DNA of 64,000 nucleotides, taken from Podarcis liolepis (lineage: Eukaryota). The stretch lies in assembly GCA_965112155.1 (NCBI GenBank), contig OZ218098.1; one strand, 5' to 3'. Positions 28,267-42,687 of the stretch are shown here, piece after piece (the first letter of the stretch is position 1; every line of letters starts with the position of its first letter). The notes below the pieces were generated by a model. It saw nothing but the letters and a program-made list of their open reading frames with translations. It ran no database searches and was not told the DNA's origin. The position numbers were made by a program, and so were the translations under genes.

Positions 28267-28646
28267 TAGGGGTGAGCAGTGTGGTGACTAACTTCTCAAG
28301 GGCATTTGTATGGGCTCTGTGGAAAACAGGATTCTGGACTGGAAAGGCCTTTGGTGTAATCCAGCAGGACTCTTCCTAAACTCCCCCCCCCCCCAGTCAT
28401 CTACTACATTCCAAAATGGTAATGTTTTCCTTCATGTTACCCGATATTCCTCTGCTGTAAATTGAATTGAAACAATTTCTACACAGGAAAAATAATAATA
28501 GCCTTGGGTGCCATAGGTTGAAACTAAAAGGAAAAAAGTTCTCAGTGAATATTCTTGATGAGGTGAGTGAATGTTTTGGGTAACTGAAGTGATAAATCTG
28601 ATTATGCCTTGAAGCATAATTACTGTACTAACTTGGAAGTCTTTTG

Positions 28647-28892
28647 CAGAGCCATAGCTAGGTGATTTTGCGCCCTGGCAGAACCCTTCAGATTGCGCCC
28701 CTTAGCCATGGACAAGTTAGCTCTTTCGCCTCTCCTCCACACACCCCTCCACCCATTCAAGTCACCCTCTATTTAAAACCATTTCTTAAGAGGCAATAAT
28801 CAATATTTATATTTATGGACATATTTTTACGCCCCCCAAACACCTTCACCCCTGGCAGGGGCCCACCTCGCCACGCCCTAGCTATGGCCCTG
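28647..28892. mobile_element. Non-autonomous hAT-type element
   Basis: TIRs CAGAGCCATAGCTAGG / CCTAGCTATGGCCCTG; imperfect 8-bp TSD GTCTTTTG / GTCTTTGA. Confidence 0.75.
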
Positions 28893-30806
28893 GTCTTTGA
28901 CATCTTAATGACTCTTGCAGCTTCTTTTTAAAAAATAAAAAATAAGCCAGTTGGATTAAGTATTAAGTTCTGTGTTAATGTTTTTCTAATTCTTTGATGA
29001 AAATAATTTCAAAATGCAGAAAATGAACTCAAAAAGGTTCCCATTATCTCTCATGGGTGTGTTTTACTTCAAAAGAAGCAGGAGATTGTTTTATGTGGCA
29101 CTTAAAGAGTTTGAGCAGTGTTGCTCAGCATGGAGGCAAAAGAGCCGTGTTCCTTGTTGTTGACCCCAGGGCATTGCCTCCTGTAATGTAATCTAGATGT
29201 CATTTTTGAGGCCTGCATGTTTCATTATAAGCTAGGCAAGGAAACATGAATCCTCATGTTTTCCTTATATTAAATGAGCATCATAACCAATTAGCTCAGT
29301 CAAAGGCACCAGAATTGTGCTTTCAGATTGAAGGCTTGCTGCTGTCAACACCACTCACTGAATATAATCGTTACACCAGCTGAGAAAATCGGGAGAACTT
29401 AATTAATATAGCATTGCAGCACAGTTGGCTGTAAGCGAACAACATGGCCACAAGGGCTCCAGTGTGTCTGAATCTCCATAAAAACACCCTTCGATTCAGA
29501 GATACAGGATGTAGAACATAGCAACTTTTGTTGCTTTGAGGCTTTCAGGAAGAATGCTGATTTTGTACCATTGGTTAAAAGAGAAAGTGGATCAGAATAT
29601 CTTTACTGTGAATATGAAATAATACTCGATTTGGGCTTTCTCTGCTTTTGGAAGGCTTTCCATTGTTCTTTAAAAAGTGCATGAGATGCTGCACATTAAT
29701 ATGCAACTCTCGAGTCTCCATCAGTCTTTACTCCTATCGTATAATTCTGGCCATTCCCTATCCAGGAAACTGAACAAAGCATATGGCCAATGCATCAAGC
29801 ACAATCTAACCCCATTGAGGCTGTAGCCCTATGTACACCTGTCATTAGGAAGCAAATTAAATTCAGTTTAGTTGGAATTATTCCCGAGTAAAAATTCTTA
29901 GAATTGTATTTTAAGTCCACAATTCTCTGTCCTCTTAAGACTGTTAAAAACTATAGAATGGAGTTTCCATCTTGTCTTCTTCTAACCTAAAGCATTTCAC
30001 TCACTCTAGAAGTTTGCACACCACTGAGATTTTTTTCTGTTCACTAATGAAGTGGATATTGCTTTTAAATTCTCTGTGAACATGTAGTCAGTGCTAGGTG
30101 GATGGTTGCTGCAGTATGGAACAGAGTATAAAAAACATTTTCTTGTGAGTCCCATACCTTCAAGTTTTGAATGTATTTGATACTCTCCCATGGATCAGAA
30201 AAAAACCCTGAAACATTACTGAATCCAGAAGGCAGGACTGGACAAAGACATTTTGCCACCTGAGGCAAAACAGAAAATGCTGCTGCTGCTTCCCCAGCAC
30301 TTTTTTTGCTGTTGCTGTGCACGGTTCTGCCTCTTCCAGGCCTTCCTTCTGCCAGTGCTAGCTTCCTCCTCCTTGTCACTTGATGGCCGCAGTGGCTGTG
30401 AAAAGGCATTTCCCTCTTTAGCTTTTCAGCAGCCACAAGGGAGGCGAGTTGCACTCCCTCCCTCACACCACTGCCGCCTGAAGCAACTGGAGGTGGACCA
30501 GGGAAACCCCGATGTGCAGAAGGTGAGGTTAAACATAGGAGATAGGAGAGCAGCAGGCGACAGTGGCTGCACTCTTCACAGGTGGTGCAAGAAGTGCAGG
30601 GAAAATGAATGGCAAGGTTTTGCGGAATATCTCCTCTCTCACTGAGTTTCAGTGAAAGGGGTGGGGGGTGCCTCAGGCAGCAAAACATTCTGCCTTTAAC
30701 AGCAGGGGAACAGCAAACTGAATCTGTTAATCTTCACACTGGATTGCAGCCTTTAAGAGAGGACAGTGTAGAGAGCTAGAGAGGACAGTGCTTCCCTGCT
30801 CTACAG

Positions 30807-31077
30807 CAGGGGTCAGCAACCTAAGGCCCATGGGCCACAAGCAGCCCATGGGGGTCATTTAACCGGCCCACGAGCCACCCCTGAACTGAGGCGCCTGCTT
30901 GGCAAGTCCCCGCACACTGCACTAAACCAGCACAGCGCAGTGCAGGGACTCACTTCCATGAAAATCGCGTCTGTGCAGACGCTGGAAAATGCAGGTGCAC
31001 GCACTCACGATCCAGCCCACGGAGGGATCTCCGCTGGAGTAAACCGGCCCAGGCGAGGTAAACCTTGCTGACCCCTG
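30807..31077. mobile_element. Non-autonomous hAT (Charlie-like) element
   Basis: TIRs CAGGGGTCAGCAA / TTGCTGACCCCTG; perfect 8-bp TSD CTCTACAG (30799-30806 and 31078-31085). Confidence 0.9.
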
Positions 31078-31755
31078 CTCTACAGAGTGTCTTTCCCTAT
31101 GTTGCAGGGCTCAGCAATACTTTATAGTTGTTAAAAATAGGTTTCACCAAAGGCTTTTACATTTGAACTGAAGAGCATTAAGTAGAATGAATCAGCCGAA
31201 TCACATCCCACCATTAAAATGAGAAATGCAGGGTAGGGAGATTGTAGGTTCTATGGCTTATGTTTAGAAAACAGCTCAAGATATTGGTTTGAAGCTTGGT
31301 AGCATAGGAGAGGAAGGTTTGAGGATGTTCTGTACTGAATTTGGTGTATATACTGAATTTACTGAAATGATAAATTTCTTACTTTGAATGAAATAGGATT
31401 GAACTGATGGTATAAAAATCCCAATCATTAATCATTTATTATTTCAGTTTTATAACCTGCCCTTCTTCCGCAAAGGGGGCCCAGGATGGCTCGAGAGAAA
31501 AATGGCATAAAAACAATTGTAAAACAACACTGCAATGTAATGATAAAGAAGATTTAGCTATTGCTTTGCACTTTGGAACAGAGTAGAAGAAACATCCATA
31601 CAAAGCCCAAAAGCATCCTGAGAGACTACAGCTAGGCCCCATCCTTTTTGGTGTCCCAAACAACAGAATCATAGCCCTGTGTGGTGTGACTTAAGGGATG
31701 TCAATGCCCAGTGAATGAAATCGGCAGATGTCAAAGTTGAAACATGCTTAAATTT

Positions 31756-31761
31756 TTTATT
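31756..31761 (-). terminator. MUC5B: Probable poly(A) signal of the mucin gene
   Basis: Minus-strand AATAAA about 480 nt downstream of the stop codon at 32242. Confidence 0.55.
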
Positions 31762-32241
31762 AATCTTAAGAAAAAAGAGTAAAAAGGAAAGCAGCTTTAT
31801 CTTTGTCAAAAGCACATGCCTGCTGACACTATACAAAACACTCCTTCTGTAGCAAAGGTTGCTCAGTAATTTAAAAGATAGTTGCCAAAAATAAACAGCA
31901 TTGCACAGAAAATTTGAAGCAGAAGTTTAGTTTTCTACAGTACAATGTTATACATTTCTATCATCATTTTATTATACTTATAGGGATCCTTGGAAGCTTT
32001 TCTAAATGCACTTGTTTTTGTAAATAGCTAGCCAAAATGACCAAAAATGATCATGCAGGAAATAGAACATTAATTTGGTTAGGCAGCTGACCAAGAAAAA
32101 AGGTACTATTGACCTTTTCAGGGACATAGTGAGAGACATGAAGTAGCATTTAGATGGTGACTGGTTTTAGCTGCTTTGGAACATGTTGGGTTCTTTTTCC
32201 TATGACGAATGCAAATTCACTACTTTTTCCTCTTCCTGTAG

Positions 32242-32416
32242 CTAAATTTTGGATTGTGGAATGCACGCAGTCATGCACTGACACTCGTCCACGTAGATGT
32301 AGTCATAGTCAATGATTTTGCCATCCTGGCATGTCAAGGTCACCTTTCTCCTATGACTCTTGAGCTCCTGGCAGCAGGTACACTCACGTTGCATTGCATT
32401 TGCCTCACTGGAATAC
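32242..32416 (-). CDS. MUC5B: Mucin last coding exon (C-terminal half of cystine knot)
   Basis: YSSEANAMQRECTCCQELKSHRRKVTLTCQDGKIIDYDYIYVDECQCMTACIPQSKI*. Confidence 0.93.
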
Positions 32417-35400
32417 CTGTCCAAGTGAAATAGATTAGATTAGAAGTTTTCCTGAAAATGTGACTGTGCCACATTTAGCAGTCTAGGCTCACTGTTAGAT
32501 CTCATTATTCCCAGCTTAGATTTACCAAATCCCAGTGTTTGGCTTTAAGAGCAGGAGGTTTTTGCCTATCAAAACAGGCTTAGGTGAAGTGGTGATTTTA
32601 AAGAAATGTATTTGCTTTCAAACCTTCTATTTATAGTTTTGGTTTCATGAGCAATTTGGTCCTCAACATGCTCCCAAATCAAGGGAGGAACCAAAGCAAC
32701 ATGAGGAGTAGAGGAATGGGGATGCAAAAGGCTACGTCTACATAAAACACTTTCCTTTCACATGATTCAAGTTTTACTTCCAAACCGGAATATGGGAAGG
32801 GAAACAGATCTTCCAATATTCCTGTTGGAACACACCAATGTTCCTACACATAGATTGAAGAATCTGTGCACAGATCAGGATTCTCTAGTTCTGCCATATG
32901 GATAGATGGAAAACCAGGGTACCAAGTACATGGAAACAATTTATTTTGTGAGTTTGGGTGTTCGAAATTAATGCACCTGAATGCTGCAGTGTCTAAATTG
33001 GAATAGTGATCCAACCCACTTACAACTTGTCTGTTGTTTAATGAGAATGATTAAAATACTGTTGTATATTCATTTTGCTTCTAATATTTTGAATAAAGCA
33101 CACTAAAATCAGTACAGTTTGTCCCAAATGTAAAAATAATAAAGAATACAACAACATTTCTTCTGTATATAGTTGTGTAAAGTGTAGAATCAGGATGACA
33201 GTGTTTTATTCAATGATTGGCAGTTAATACACACACAGGAAATGATCACATGTACAACACTTCATGTTCCAGCTCTGGTGAAGATTACTTCTGAATCTGG
33301 GACTAAACCAAATTCAGCATCCTCTTGTGCAATGGACTTTCACTTGTGCAAATGGGGCTTCCCATTCCTCTGCTGCCCACTCCAGTCTCCTGTGCACCCC
33401 TAAAGTCTGTTCCAGAGGGCTTGGGGGGCCCTAAAGAACAAATTGGAGGGGGTACAGGGAGGAGGAGAGGAAGGGGAAGTCCTGTTGCATCCACTGCTGT
33501 GACACTGGATTTCTCCCCTGGTTTTTTATATTAGGGACACAATGCAATTTTGAGAGCCCAAGCAGCAAGCTGAAGGGAAATAATGGCACTGATAGATGCT
33601 ACATACACACCATACATTTAAAGCAAATTTTCATCCCAAAAAACAATCCTGGGGTTGGTTTAGATTCCCCTCCCAGAGCTACTATTTCCAGCACCCTTAA
33701 CAAACTAGGGTTCTGTGTACATTGTCATAATGACAGAATGTAATCAGCATACTGGTGTATTCACATACAAGAGCTGAGAGTGCTCCTGCTTCAAAATGCA
33801 TATGATGTTCACTGTGAGGACCTTTGTAATTTTCTGCTTGGTATGACTTGAATATCCCAAAATGACGTGGATAAATGGATAGGACTTTTTTGTCACTTAC
33901 TTTGAAGAGCTTGGACAAGCCCCTTCGCAGTAGGTCAGTTCCACAACTTCAGAAGATATGCATTCACTCTGACGTATAAGAGTTTGGTTCTTGTGAACCT
34001 TGCAGTCATTTGCTGAAAGAAAAAGAGATGTGTGTGGGGGGGAATCAATAAATATCATGTCATAATGTTCACTGATGTGGATTTCTACCTCTGGCTACAG
34101 ATGAGCTACAGATGAGGCATATAGACATATGGCATGGAAGAGTAGGCTTAATTTAGGTCTTTAGTAATAGATAGCATTCTGCTAAATGCTATTTATAGAC
34201 AGTTTCTTGTAGGTAGGTCTGTTTTTCAAAGCAACCATAGTTTGCTACTTGCCTGCTGTACTGCTTCCCTCAGGCATCTGATTGGCTACTGTGAGAAAAG
34301 GCTGTGGGACTAGATAGGCCATAAGCTTGATCCAACAGACTCATCTTATGTTCTTATGAAGACTCAGTGCAAAACAAGACTTTCAGCAAAAATAAGTAGG
34401 ACAAACTACAGCTGCAGGTTTCAGAAGAGGTTTCTCTCCATCTCAAACAATATATGAAGGTTAGATAACAGGAGGTGGTTCTTAATCTAAATAGAGTTAA
34501 CCTGGACCTAGGCACAGTATTGTTCAGTCATTTGTTGTAAAATGCCCTAGTAATCAACAAGGTAAGCAAAAACTTCACTTACTTTTAGGTTTACATGTTT
34601 CACAACAGCCATCAGGAGTCAGTTCAAGTTCATGCTATAGAACAGGAAAAGAAGGTTGTTGTTGTTGTTGTTTTAAAAAACAAAACACTACTGCTGCATG
34701 AAAAAGTGGGAACTATCTAGCACCGGATTTGCACTGTGCCCTTACAGACCCCCCAAGTGTCCCTATATCCATTGTCCAGGATAAGTCTGAGTATTGTTTA
34801 TTATTTTGAAGTAAAGTATTGTTTATTATTTTAAAACTGGTGACAGTGATTGCACATGATATCTTACTCAAAAACATCTTGAGAACTTATTGTCTGAGCT
34901 TTAACATAATTAGAGCAGAAATGATTATAAATTAAGAATGGGGAAAAGAAAACTTACAGATTCACACTCCTCTGGATGAATGATGGGACATTTCCTTTTA
35001 GATTGGACCAGAATGAATGTATCATTCATTTGCTCACATTCGTAGTAGCTGCAGTTATTTCCTCCTGGTGGCCAAATATCACCAGCCTGTTGTCATGAAT
35101 AAAACACAGCATTATTCGTTTTGTTTTCAAGTTTTAGCATACCAAATATACTCTAAAATTAGCTAGATTGCCACTGCCCATAATCACATCTCATTGGCTC
35201 AGGACATGTCACAATTTATTCTAACCCTCATTTTCCATAGCAACTCTGTAGTTATAATCCTAAACACGCTTGTTGGAAATTGGTATTTTTTTCTTAGACG
35301 CAGGTAAGCGGGCTTTGGCTTTGCATGTGAGATATATTGCATGTGAGATATATTGCCACATTACCAAGACGACATTTGAACTTGCATCACCTGACATCCA

Positions 35401-38400
35401 AATCCAATACATCCTAAATATATTTGAATGATGAGAAATAATCAGAACTTAGAGCAGTCAAGGCTGCTTTTAAATGCTACTAAATCAATTCAAAACGTGA
35501 CATTAATGGTAATGAACAATTCTACCTTGTCCTACTGATTCTAATATTAACTGGGGTAGGGAACCTGCAGTCATTCCGATGTTGCTGAACTACAATTCTG
35601 ATCATCGCTGACCACTGAGGTTGAAGAGAGTTAGAATCCAACAACATTTGAAGGGCCACAAGTTCCCCACGCCTGATTTAAGCACTAACTCAGGTAGTCT
35701 GGCAACTTGGATCTCACTGGACCCAGCTTGACCTCAGTGCTTGATAAACACAAGGCAATTGCATAATCAGGTTTAACTAGCTAGCTTTTTATTTTGTGAT
35801 TGGGCACCACCTATTTAGGGAGCAACAGATTATTTGCAGGATCAGATTCTTCACCTCCTGCAAGTGACTCCAATTATTTTGGATGCTAGTTTCTGTGTTT
35901 CCTTGTTTGATGTCTCACAGCTCACTAGATCCTTAATCCACAGAACTTTCACATGCTTTCCTTTTGACCTTCTAGCTAAGTCGTAGATGAGTTCTCAGAT
36001 ATCAGGTAGACTGTTGCTGCCATGAGAGCCATGCTTACAGATACTGAATGACCATTCAAATCCCCACAGAACTGCCTGTTCAGCTTAGCCTGTTCACATT
36101 TCAGTCATTTACTTGGACCCCTCAGTGTTTATTTGTGTATGCAGTGTAGACTTTGGTTCTCTAAATTCATGTGTCCCAATTTGAAAAGGCAGCCAAGAAT
36201 GAGCAAAAAATATGCTTGAGAACGCCTACAATCATCATTGTCAGTTGGGTAAAGAAAGTAGAAGAGTGAGAATACATAATTACCTGTAGTATCTCAGTGG
36301 TTTCATTCATGTTGATTATGCATGCGTTCTGGACACACTTTCCACAACACTCCCCAGCTTCTACCTGGTACTCGTAACCCTGTTTGGCAGACAGGAAAAG
36401 TTAACCATGCATGATACGTGTGGAAGAGGCAGCCACCTGCAATGATTAGGGCTGCAATCCTAACCCCACTTACCTTGGGAAAAGACCCACTGAATTCAAT
36501 AGCACTTACTTGTGTACAGACATAAGTTAGGATTGTTCTGTTGGGAAAGAAGCAGTAATAGGGGAAATAAAGATTTGTGCTTACCTCTTGGCAATCCTTA
36601 TCACATGTAACTGGTTGACATTTTACAAGATTTGTATTGGAGTCTGGGTCCTTTTCAGAGCTGCAGACACATGTTTCACAAGGCTTGCTAGGAACAGGCA
36701 TTTCAGCCTGGGAAAAGTGAAAAAATAGCAGTTGTATTTGTAAACAGAGTGTATAAAGCAACTTTGTGAACCAAATATCAAATTCTTTTTAAAGATATCT
36801 AACATACAAAATGTTTTCAACTCTTGCTTTTATTTCACTTTATGAGAACTCCATTTATATTCTAAATAAGCAATCAGTGAACAGAAAAACGATGAATGAT
36901 AGTAACTTATCCATGGCCACCAAGTGGATTCAGAAATGAGCAAATATTTGAAGCCACGTTTCTAAGAATCCAAGATACTTCTGTGGAAACATCCTTGATT
37001 TTTAAACTGAGTATTAATTCCTGTTTTATATTGCAACTGTGTTTGCCATGGTTACACCAATATTATATTTGCATTTTCCTAAGTAAACATGTAAAGTGTA
37101 AGAAGAAATATATGTCTAACAGGGTTGCCAGCTTCTTAACCAACCTCAGCTGCTGTGTTTAACAGCCATGTGATCTAGAGAGATAAGAAGGTATAATGTT
37201 CATTTCCATGCTGTGAAAAGTTTCAGCTGTTAATTTTCTAAAGTCAAGCTGCTGTTAATTTTTGAAAGTCAAGCTGCTGCACCAGAGCAGGTCAGATGTT
37301 TTTCTAGCTATTTGGCAAACCTAACCTAAACTTGCAGTGGCCATTCCTTGGCATGCATCCTTGAGTATTTTGTAATGTGGTTCTGACTTTCACATATGAG
37401 ATGTGAGATGTTTACTGTGGGAAATGTTGATATAGTCACAATGCAACCCAAGAAAAATATGATTGTGAAGCAGCACACTCATATCATGATTCATGATATA
37501 TTGCGAGGTCAAAAATTAGGAAACAATATCACAATATGGATTTCAAGCTAGTTTTGAATGATATATATTGCCCAGCCGTACCCAGGATCCACATGACATT
37601 GTCATCAACATATCAACCCGTATTCCCCCCATCTTTAATTCAGATTTACTTTTTCCAGAGAAACTCTGCTAGGTTAAAAAAATGTTGCCAATGACCCATT
37701 TGCAATATCTCAACAACCCATTTCTAATATTAAGCTCCTGTCTAAATGCATCCCCAAACTACCCATTATTAGAAGGCAGAAAACAGTGGCTTGAGTTGCC
37801 TCAATGAATTGCTTTTCATCTGGCAGAAGTATCTGCCCATTGTCAAACATTTTCCATAGTTAATGAAGCAGGTGTCCTTTCGAAATGGCCATTTAAAAAC
37901 TTCCCTGTCTGGACACTTAAGTATAGGCGGTTTAAATAATTTAGAATGATTTGCACTTTTACTCAAAAAATGCTTGCTTGGGAAGTCCCCCCCTCCCCCA
38001 CCCTCAGTAGTATTCTAATATGGCCTCAAGTTCAAATTCATAACTTTAAAGTTTACATTTTATTTTGCACCTTCCCCAACCTACTAGAGTGCTCAAAGCG
38101 GCTTACGAAGGAACATTTTAAACAGTCAGAATCATAAAAAAGCCAATAAAACGATACAGTAAGTTGATTTGTTTGGCCCCCTAGTGGCCAAAAGTTGAAA
38201 GGGTTTCTTGAGGGGAAAATTGGAACTGAGCACGTTTTGAGGCCTGCTCTCTGGAGAACGGTTCCAAGATGTCACAGGCCAAAAATGGCAAAACCCCCAA
38301 ATAAAACCGGTTATTGTTCATCTCACTGGCATATATACATTAAGCTGGTGATGAAGGCCTACTGGATACATCAGTCTCCCTGAGCGCTGCATACTTTGTA

Positions 38401-41400
38401 AACAGCAGTGTGACTGGAAAAATGCCTGCTTTGGGGATGATGCAGCCAACTCAACAGCACAGCAGTCAGTGAAGATTTGCACATGCAAATCATTGCATAG
38501 TTTAGGCAGGGAGGTGCAAGTTGTGGCCCTCTAGGTATTGGGCTCCAACTTCCACCAGCCCCATTCAGCATGCCCAATGGCCAGCGAGGGTGACAGGCAA
38601 GGATTTTTTTCAGCTGGAACTTGCCGGAACTCCGTTCTAGCACCTCTCAGGTGGGTGCCATTGCCATTTTCCTCCTCTGGAACACCCTCCTCAGGAAAGC
38701 TCACCTAGCACTGACTTCAATGTCTTTTTGGTATGAAGCCAAAATAACCTTCTTTTATCTCCCCAGAACCTTATGGTGTTTTATATTATGTGGTTTTAAC
38801 ATCCGTTCTTATTGTTGTCTGGTGGTTCTGCCATTTCACGTTTCTTTTTGGTTGTTTTTAGCTACTCTTGAGAACCTTCACAATTGAAAGGTATAATAAA
38901 TATGTCTGAAAATCAGTATATAAAAAAAGCATGCTCAAACAGCATTGCTTTGACTTGACAGGTACCCCTTGAAATTAATTTCTACTGCTGCTGCTACAGT
39001 CTCTGCCTACGACTGAAAAGGGAACAATAGAAAAGAAGGATTTTAATCTGTGTACATAGTATATATAGACATAAAACTCGCATTCTTACCCTGTAAACTG
39101 TTCCATTGACAAGACAGACATCTGGGATTGGTACTGAAAACAGAAACAGACAATTACTTTAAAATATGGTGGGGAAATTATGTTTATAAGGTCCATTCCT
39201 GGATCCTCATCCCCCTAAGCTTTCTTCATTTCACCTGCCTAAATTAAGTGGGTGGGGGATCAATTTGATGTTGCTATTGTTTCACAGCTGGGAGGCAGAT
39301 ATCCTTGCTGATCTAGTGCAGATCAACTAGAGATCTACATCCACCTTTTGCTGACTCCAGCTTTAAATATGGTAACTTATCTGACAGGGAAAATCTTTGA
39401 AAAAGATTGGGGGGCGGGGAGAGGAGAGTAAGGTGATACCTCATTGCTCACTTGACTGTTGGATATAATCCTTTCTGTGCAAAAGTGAAAGGAGATACAT
39501 GAACACTTTGTGTGTGTATTTATTTATTGCTTAAGGCAATGTATATAGTCCCTCCCAACACCAACACACACACACACGCACACACACACACACACACACT
39601 TTTACCATCACAACAATCCTGTGAAATGGATTCAGGTGAGAGATAAAACTGTAAAGCACATTTGAAACATGTTCTTTCCCTTAGGGAATGTTAGGCACTG
39701 TGGTTTGTTAAAGGTTGCCAGGAATATTAACTGCGAGGGGTAAACTACCCTGGCCAGAATTCTTTTGGAGGAAATAATGTGCTTTAAAGGTATTTTGTGT
39801 ACACAGTGACTGGCCCGAAGTTACTCAATGAGCTTTGCGGCCTAGTGGAGTTTTGAAGATGAGTTTCTCCAGCTTTTAGTCTGACACTAGTCCAAGGTGG
39901 CTTTGAAGTGTAGTTCATACTGTTTGACGCCGCACTCCAGAATGTATCTTCAGTTTCTAAAATGTTTTCATGGCAACATTTTTGTTTGTTTGTTTTAAGG
40001 AGGGGAGTGTGGAATGCTTCCACTGTACATAAATTATGTCTGGGTCCAGCCTAACTTGATGTTTTAATCTCTCTCATCTACTTTCTCTCTCTACATGTCA
40101 GAATGCTAGCACTTACTACAGGGAAAGCTGACACAGCAGTCTCCTTCAAGCAGGACTGGGGTTGCCTCGTATCCAAGTTCACAAGGTTTCTTTTCATTGG
40201 AGCAGGTAGTAGTATTGCATTCTGTGGAATAATCAGAAAACACAACAGAGCTGAAGAAGCAAGTCTAGCACCCCAGCCTTAAATGTTTAGACCAGCAAAT
40301 ATTCCTGTGGTGCTAGGACAATAATCCTATTCAGTATCATGACTGGTGGGTGAGAGTGTACTGGGCTGGGATAGGCATGCACGAGGAATCATAGAATCAT
40401 AGAGTTGGAAGAGACCACAAGGGCCATCGAGTCCAACCCCCTGCCAAGCAGGAAACACAATCAGAGCACTCCTGACATATGGTTGTCAAGCCTCTGCTTA
40501 AAGACCTCCAAAGAAGGAGACTCCACCACACTCCTTGGCAGCAAATTCCACTGTTGAACAGCTCTTACTGTCAGGAAGTTCTTCCTAATGTTTAGGTGGA
40601 ATCTTCTTTCTTGTAGTTTGACCAGCATGGCCCCCTCCATCAGCCAGAGAAAAAACAGCTGAAGGAGGTTTGACACATACACTCACCACCCAACACGTCA
40701 CACACTAGTATTGTAGAGCTGAAGGACAGCATACTCCAGGGCATTAAAAGCTGCTAGGAGTTTACTCCCCTTGCCTCCCAAGCCGGCCATCGTGGCAAGT
40801 GGGAGACCTATCCAATCCCCACCCACCATCCACAATAAGCTTGTTTCACCCCTCCAGGCTAAAAAGAACAGTAAGATCCAAGGTCTGAGTATGCCTCCCC
40901 CCCCCCCGCCCACCACTTCCTTTCCCTCTCATGCCAGGTCTGTTATATGTCAAGACCTAGGGCAGGGACTGTCTTATTACTGATCATTGTAAGTTTTGCT
41001 GCGAGCCTTTTTCTGGCTAACAGGTGGACTAAAAATGCATTAAATAAATAAATACATTTCAGAATTGACTTAGCTTGCCTTCAGATCATATTGTAAAGGA
41101 GGGAAAGGAGACTAGCAAATCTCCTGTTTCTGACAAGTCCTCCAGTCCTAAGCAGATTTCTGTCAAAAATTCCTACTAAGGTTGAAGGACATACTGCCAA
41201 GTTAATGTATGTAGGATTGCAGGTTAATTGTAGTAAAGCTCTTTTGACTATATGGTGAGCAAAGCAAAGCATCCAAACCCAGAGATTTAACTCTTTATCT
41301 GCCTGTCAGTCCCCATATGACAAGAGAAAATGGTGTTTTTTGTGTGTTTTTTACAGATTGCTCTGTGTGGTTATTTACTATAGAGATAATTAAGCTGGGA

Positions 41401-42640
41401 TAGAATTGTGCAACTGATGTTACCTGCCAACATGTAATGCTGTCTGGATGTCTGTGTTTCCCCCTCAACCAAAGCAACAGTAACCATAATAGCACAAATT
41501 GTTTCATCAACAGAGGGCAGAATTGGATTGATTGGCATTGGCTATCAATAAATAATACATGCAAATACGTACTGCATTGAAGTTCTGGACAGCACGGGTC
41601 TTTTGGTGTCAGCACAGGGACAGGCACAAACCCTTCTTTCTCACATTTGGGTGGTTCCGATGACACACAGGTCTGTGGCTTGCACTGGACGCTCTCAGTC
41701 AATGGGTCACAAATACACTCTTGACAGTTGCTCTTCCATGAGGAGCCAGGCTATATGAAAAAGAAAGCAAATCAGTTAACACTGTATGGCAGCAATGAAA
41801 CCTATCATCATCTGCTTACTTGTCAATTATTAGACCTTAAGCTTTCTTTAGAAGGGGCACTTAGTTGATCTTAAGTTTCCTGTAATATCAAACTTACGGT
41901 AACTGTGCAATAAGCTTTGGACCTGAGCCATACAATACAACTTGAAGGTACTTCTTAAGGATTGTTTCCATCACCCCACAAATGGCTATAAAAAGACTTC
42001 CTTAAATTATAAGATACAGAAAGTTATGCTGAACCAGGTTAAATTTCCTTCTAGGCTGTTTCAGGGAGATGCACATATATAGCATTGGTTCTATATGTGC
42101 CTTAGGCATGGCCTTCTGAGTCCTCTGAAAGTCTTGTTGGTCTTCTTCTGAAACCCAAGCAAAGTACCGGTACTTACGATGGAGACCACAACCTCTACCA
42201 GCTGCTATTTTAATTTCCATCACTTCCATGCAAAGCCTTTCTTTGAGATCACAAAGTGTTGCATTAGATGTTAGTCCTACTCAGAATAGACCCATTGAAA
42301 GTGATGGACATGACTGAGTTTGGCCCATTAATATTAGTGTGTCTAATCTGATGTTTCAAAGGCTTCAGGGGACAACTGGTGTACCTCTCAGTCCAAAGGG
42401 GACTGGAAAGTGTGCTGTACAATCCATCTGACAGCTATAGAGCCCAGGAGAGGCTGGTATTTCAGACTATGTCTGCTTCTCCTTCAGAAGCACTTCTATA
42501 TTTCTGACCAGCTCACTGTTTCTGCATGTTGATAATAATTATCTGGATCTACATGCCAGTTATGCATACCAAAACTACAAATCTTTTTGCTACAAAGAAA
42601 AGTTTCAATGACTTCTATTGCTTTCTTTTGATTATTCTCC

Positions 42641-42687
<47 letters not shown>

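Noticed and set aside
30065-30688. 207-aa (-) and 130-aa (+) ORFs in the intergenic gap
   Set aside because: No recognisable domain. The region is bounded by inverted repeats (TTTTGCCACCTGAGGCA / TGCCTCAGGCAGCAAAA), suggesting a decayed DNA transposon.
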